From Octopus bimaculoides (taxonomy: Eukaryota), in assembly GCF_001194135.2 (NCBI RefSeq), contig NC_068987.1, positions 90,235,573 to 90,299,572 on the forward strand: a stretch of 64,000 bases of DNA, read 5' to 3'. The notes beneath the pieces are model-generated. The model worked only from the letters and a program-made list of their open reading frames with translations. It did no database searches and had not been told where the DNA came from. Numbering within the stretch: position 1 is the stretch's first letter; each line of letters begins with the position of its first letter. A program made the translations under genes and the position numbers. Positions 62,810 through 64,000 of the stretch are shown piece after piece.

Positions 62810-64000
62810 CTTGAAAAGGATGGAAGAGAAATTAATGTTTATTTCATAAGAAAGTCTGCAGAAAGATTCATGGAGTTTATTTACAGTGAGGATGGCAAAA
62901 AAATCCGAGTTTTAAGATCTTGTACTGAGACAGACAGACAGTGTGTGTGTGGTTGAATACCAGCAATTGCACCCTTCCCAAACATATTTTTATTATTTTG
63001 ATAATCAAGTTGTAAAAGACTGGGTCAATTCCTCTCTCAAATGATCTACACATCTGTTCGTTCTGCTAATGATCTCCATTCCCAAGAATTCAGTTTACCA
63101 TTTCTTTTATTATTCAATAAAACATGAAAAATAATAAACAAATATATTTACTTCATTTTAACTGTTTTAATTGATTTTCTTCAGTTGGTGTTTATAAGTT
63201 TGTCTTTATCAATGAATTGGGTCAGTCGGAGAATCGTGTGTGTGGTAGGGGAGGGGGTCTGAAATATGAGATTATTTGGTATCCTGTTGGGAATAAGGAG
63301 AAGGTGGAGTATTAGACAAGGCTGGAGCCATAAACATTAAGATTGCAAATGGGATGAGATGGAATGGATATGTGCATCATGCATGTGTGTGCACATGGGC
63401 ATGCAATGGTTCACTCATGCATGTCACATGAGACATTAACCAAGTATGGTTCTATGATAGATATCCCTGGTCAATGGCTGCCTAACAAACATCTACTCAA
63501 GCCACTGAAGCAGCTTTTATGTTGTTGTTTGATCTGCTAGAAAGAGCAACCAAATTTCCATCAAATCACATCCTGACATCTTAAGACAGAATGGATGGTC
63601 ATGGCTGGAAGACTTTGATCAGTCATTGAACTGTGGCCAAGCTGGGGCACTGTCTTGAAGGGTTTAGTTGAACAAATCGCCCCCCCCACTCTCAAATGAA
63701 AACAGGACCTTTATAGATAGAAACTATTTGATAAATAGCCAGTTTCCAGCATCAATTTCACTGACAACCTGAAGCCTTTGGAAAAAGATGCTGGCCCACA
63801 ATGCCACAATAATGAGAGGGAACCCAGGATGTTATGATAAGAAAGCAAACATCTTAACCATTTAGCCATACAGCATCCACCATTGTAATAGTAGTATTAA
63901 GACAGGAAAGAGAATGTCTGTGGGTGAGAAATTGTAGTATATTGGAGAATGAGTTTTTGTCAATCAATGAGATAACCTTCTTTTAGATGCAATCTAGGAT

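Overview
AT-rich, microsatellite-dense animal genomic DNA with three small assembly gaps (20735-20757, 46411-46449, 58255-58304). The repeat families look like those of an octopus or other coleoid cephalopod; this is pattern recognition, not a database result. No intact protein-coding gene, rRNA, true tRNA or CRISPR array can be supported, and most ORFs in the track are microsatellite or repeat artefacts. The window is dominated by several tRNA-headed SINE families, a 5'-truncated, frameshifted RTE-type LINE (52790-54344, minus), R4/Dong restriction-like-endonuclease fragments next to (TAA)n, a CR1/L2-type fragment, a Tc1/mariner 3' end, TTAA-flanked piggyBac-type MITEs and a hAT-type MITE. 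A few splice-site-bounded open segments could be exons of an unidentified, mostly minus-strand host gene (low confidence). The most unusual structure is at 2595-2682: two complete but degenerate type-I hammerhead-ribozyme folds on opposite strands, back to back, sharing their stem-I 5' strands across one palindromic centre. Hammerhead-like Penelope-type cores also occur in a tRNA-headed SINE (23361-23609) and near 426-520. Other oddities are a 31-bp tandem array carrying X-box-like and ATCAATCA motifs, a perfect 59-bp palindrome made from a SINE head, and a 28-bp satellite grown out of an RTE 3'UTR motif.
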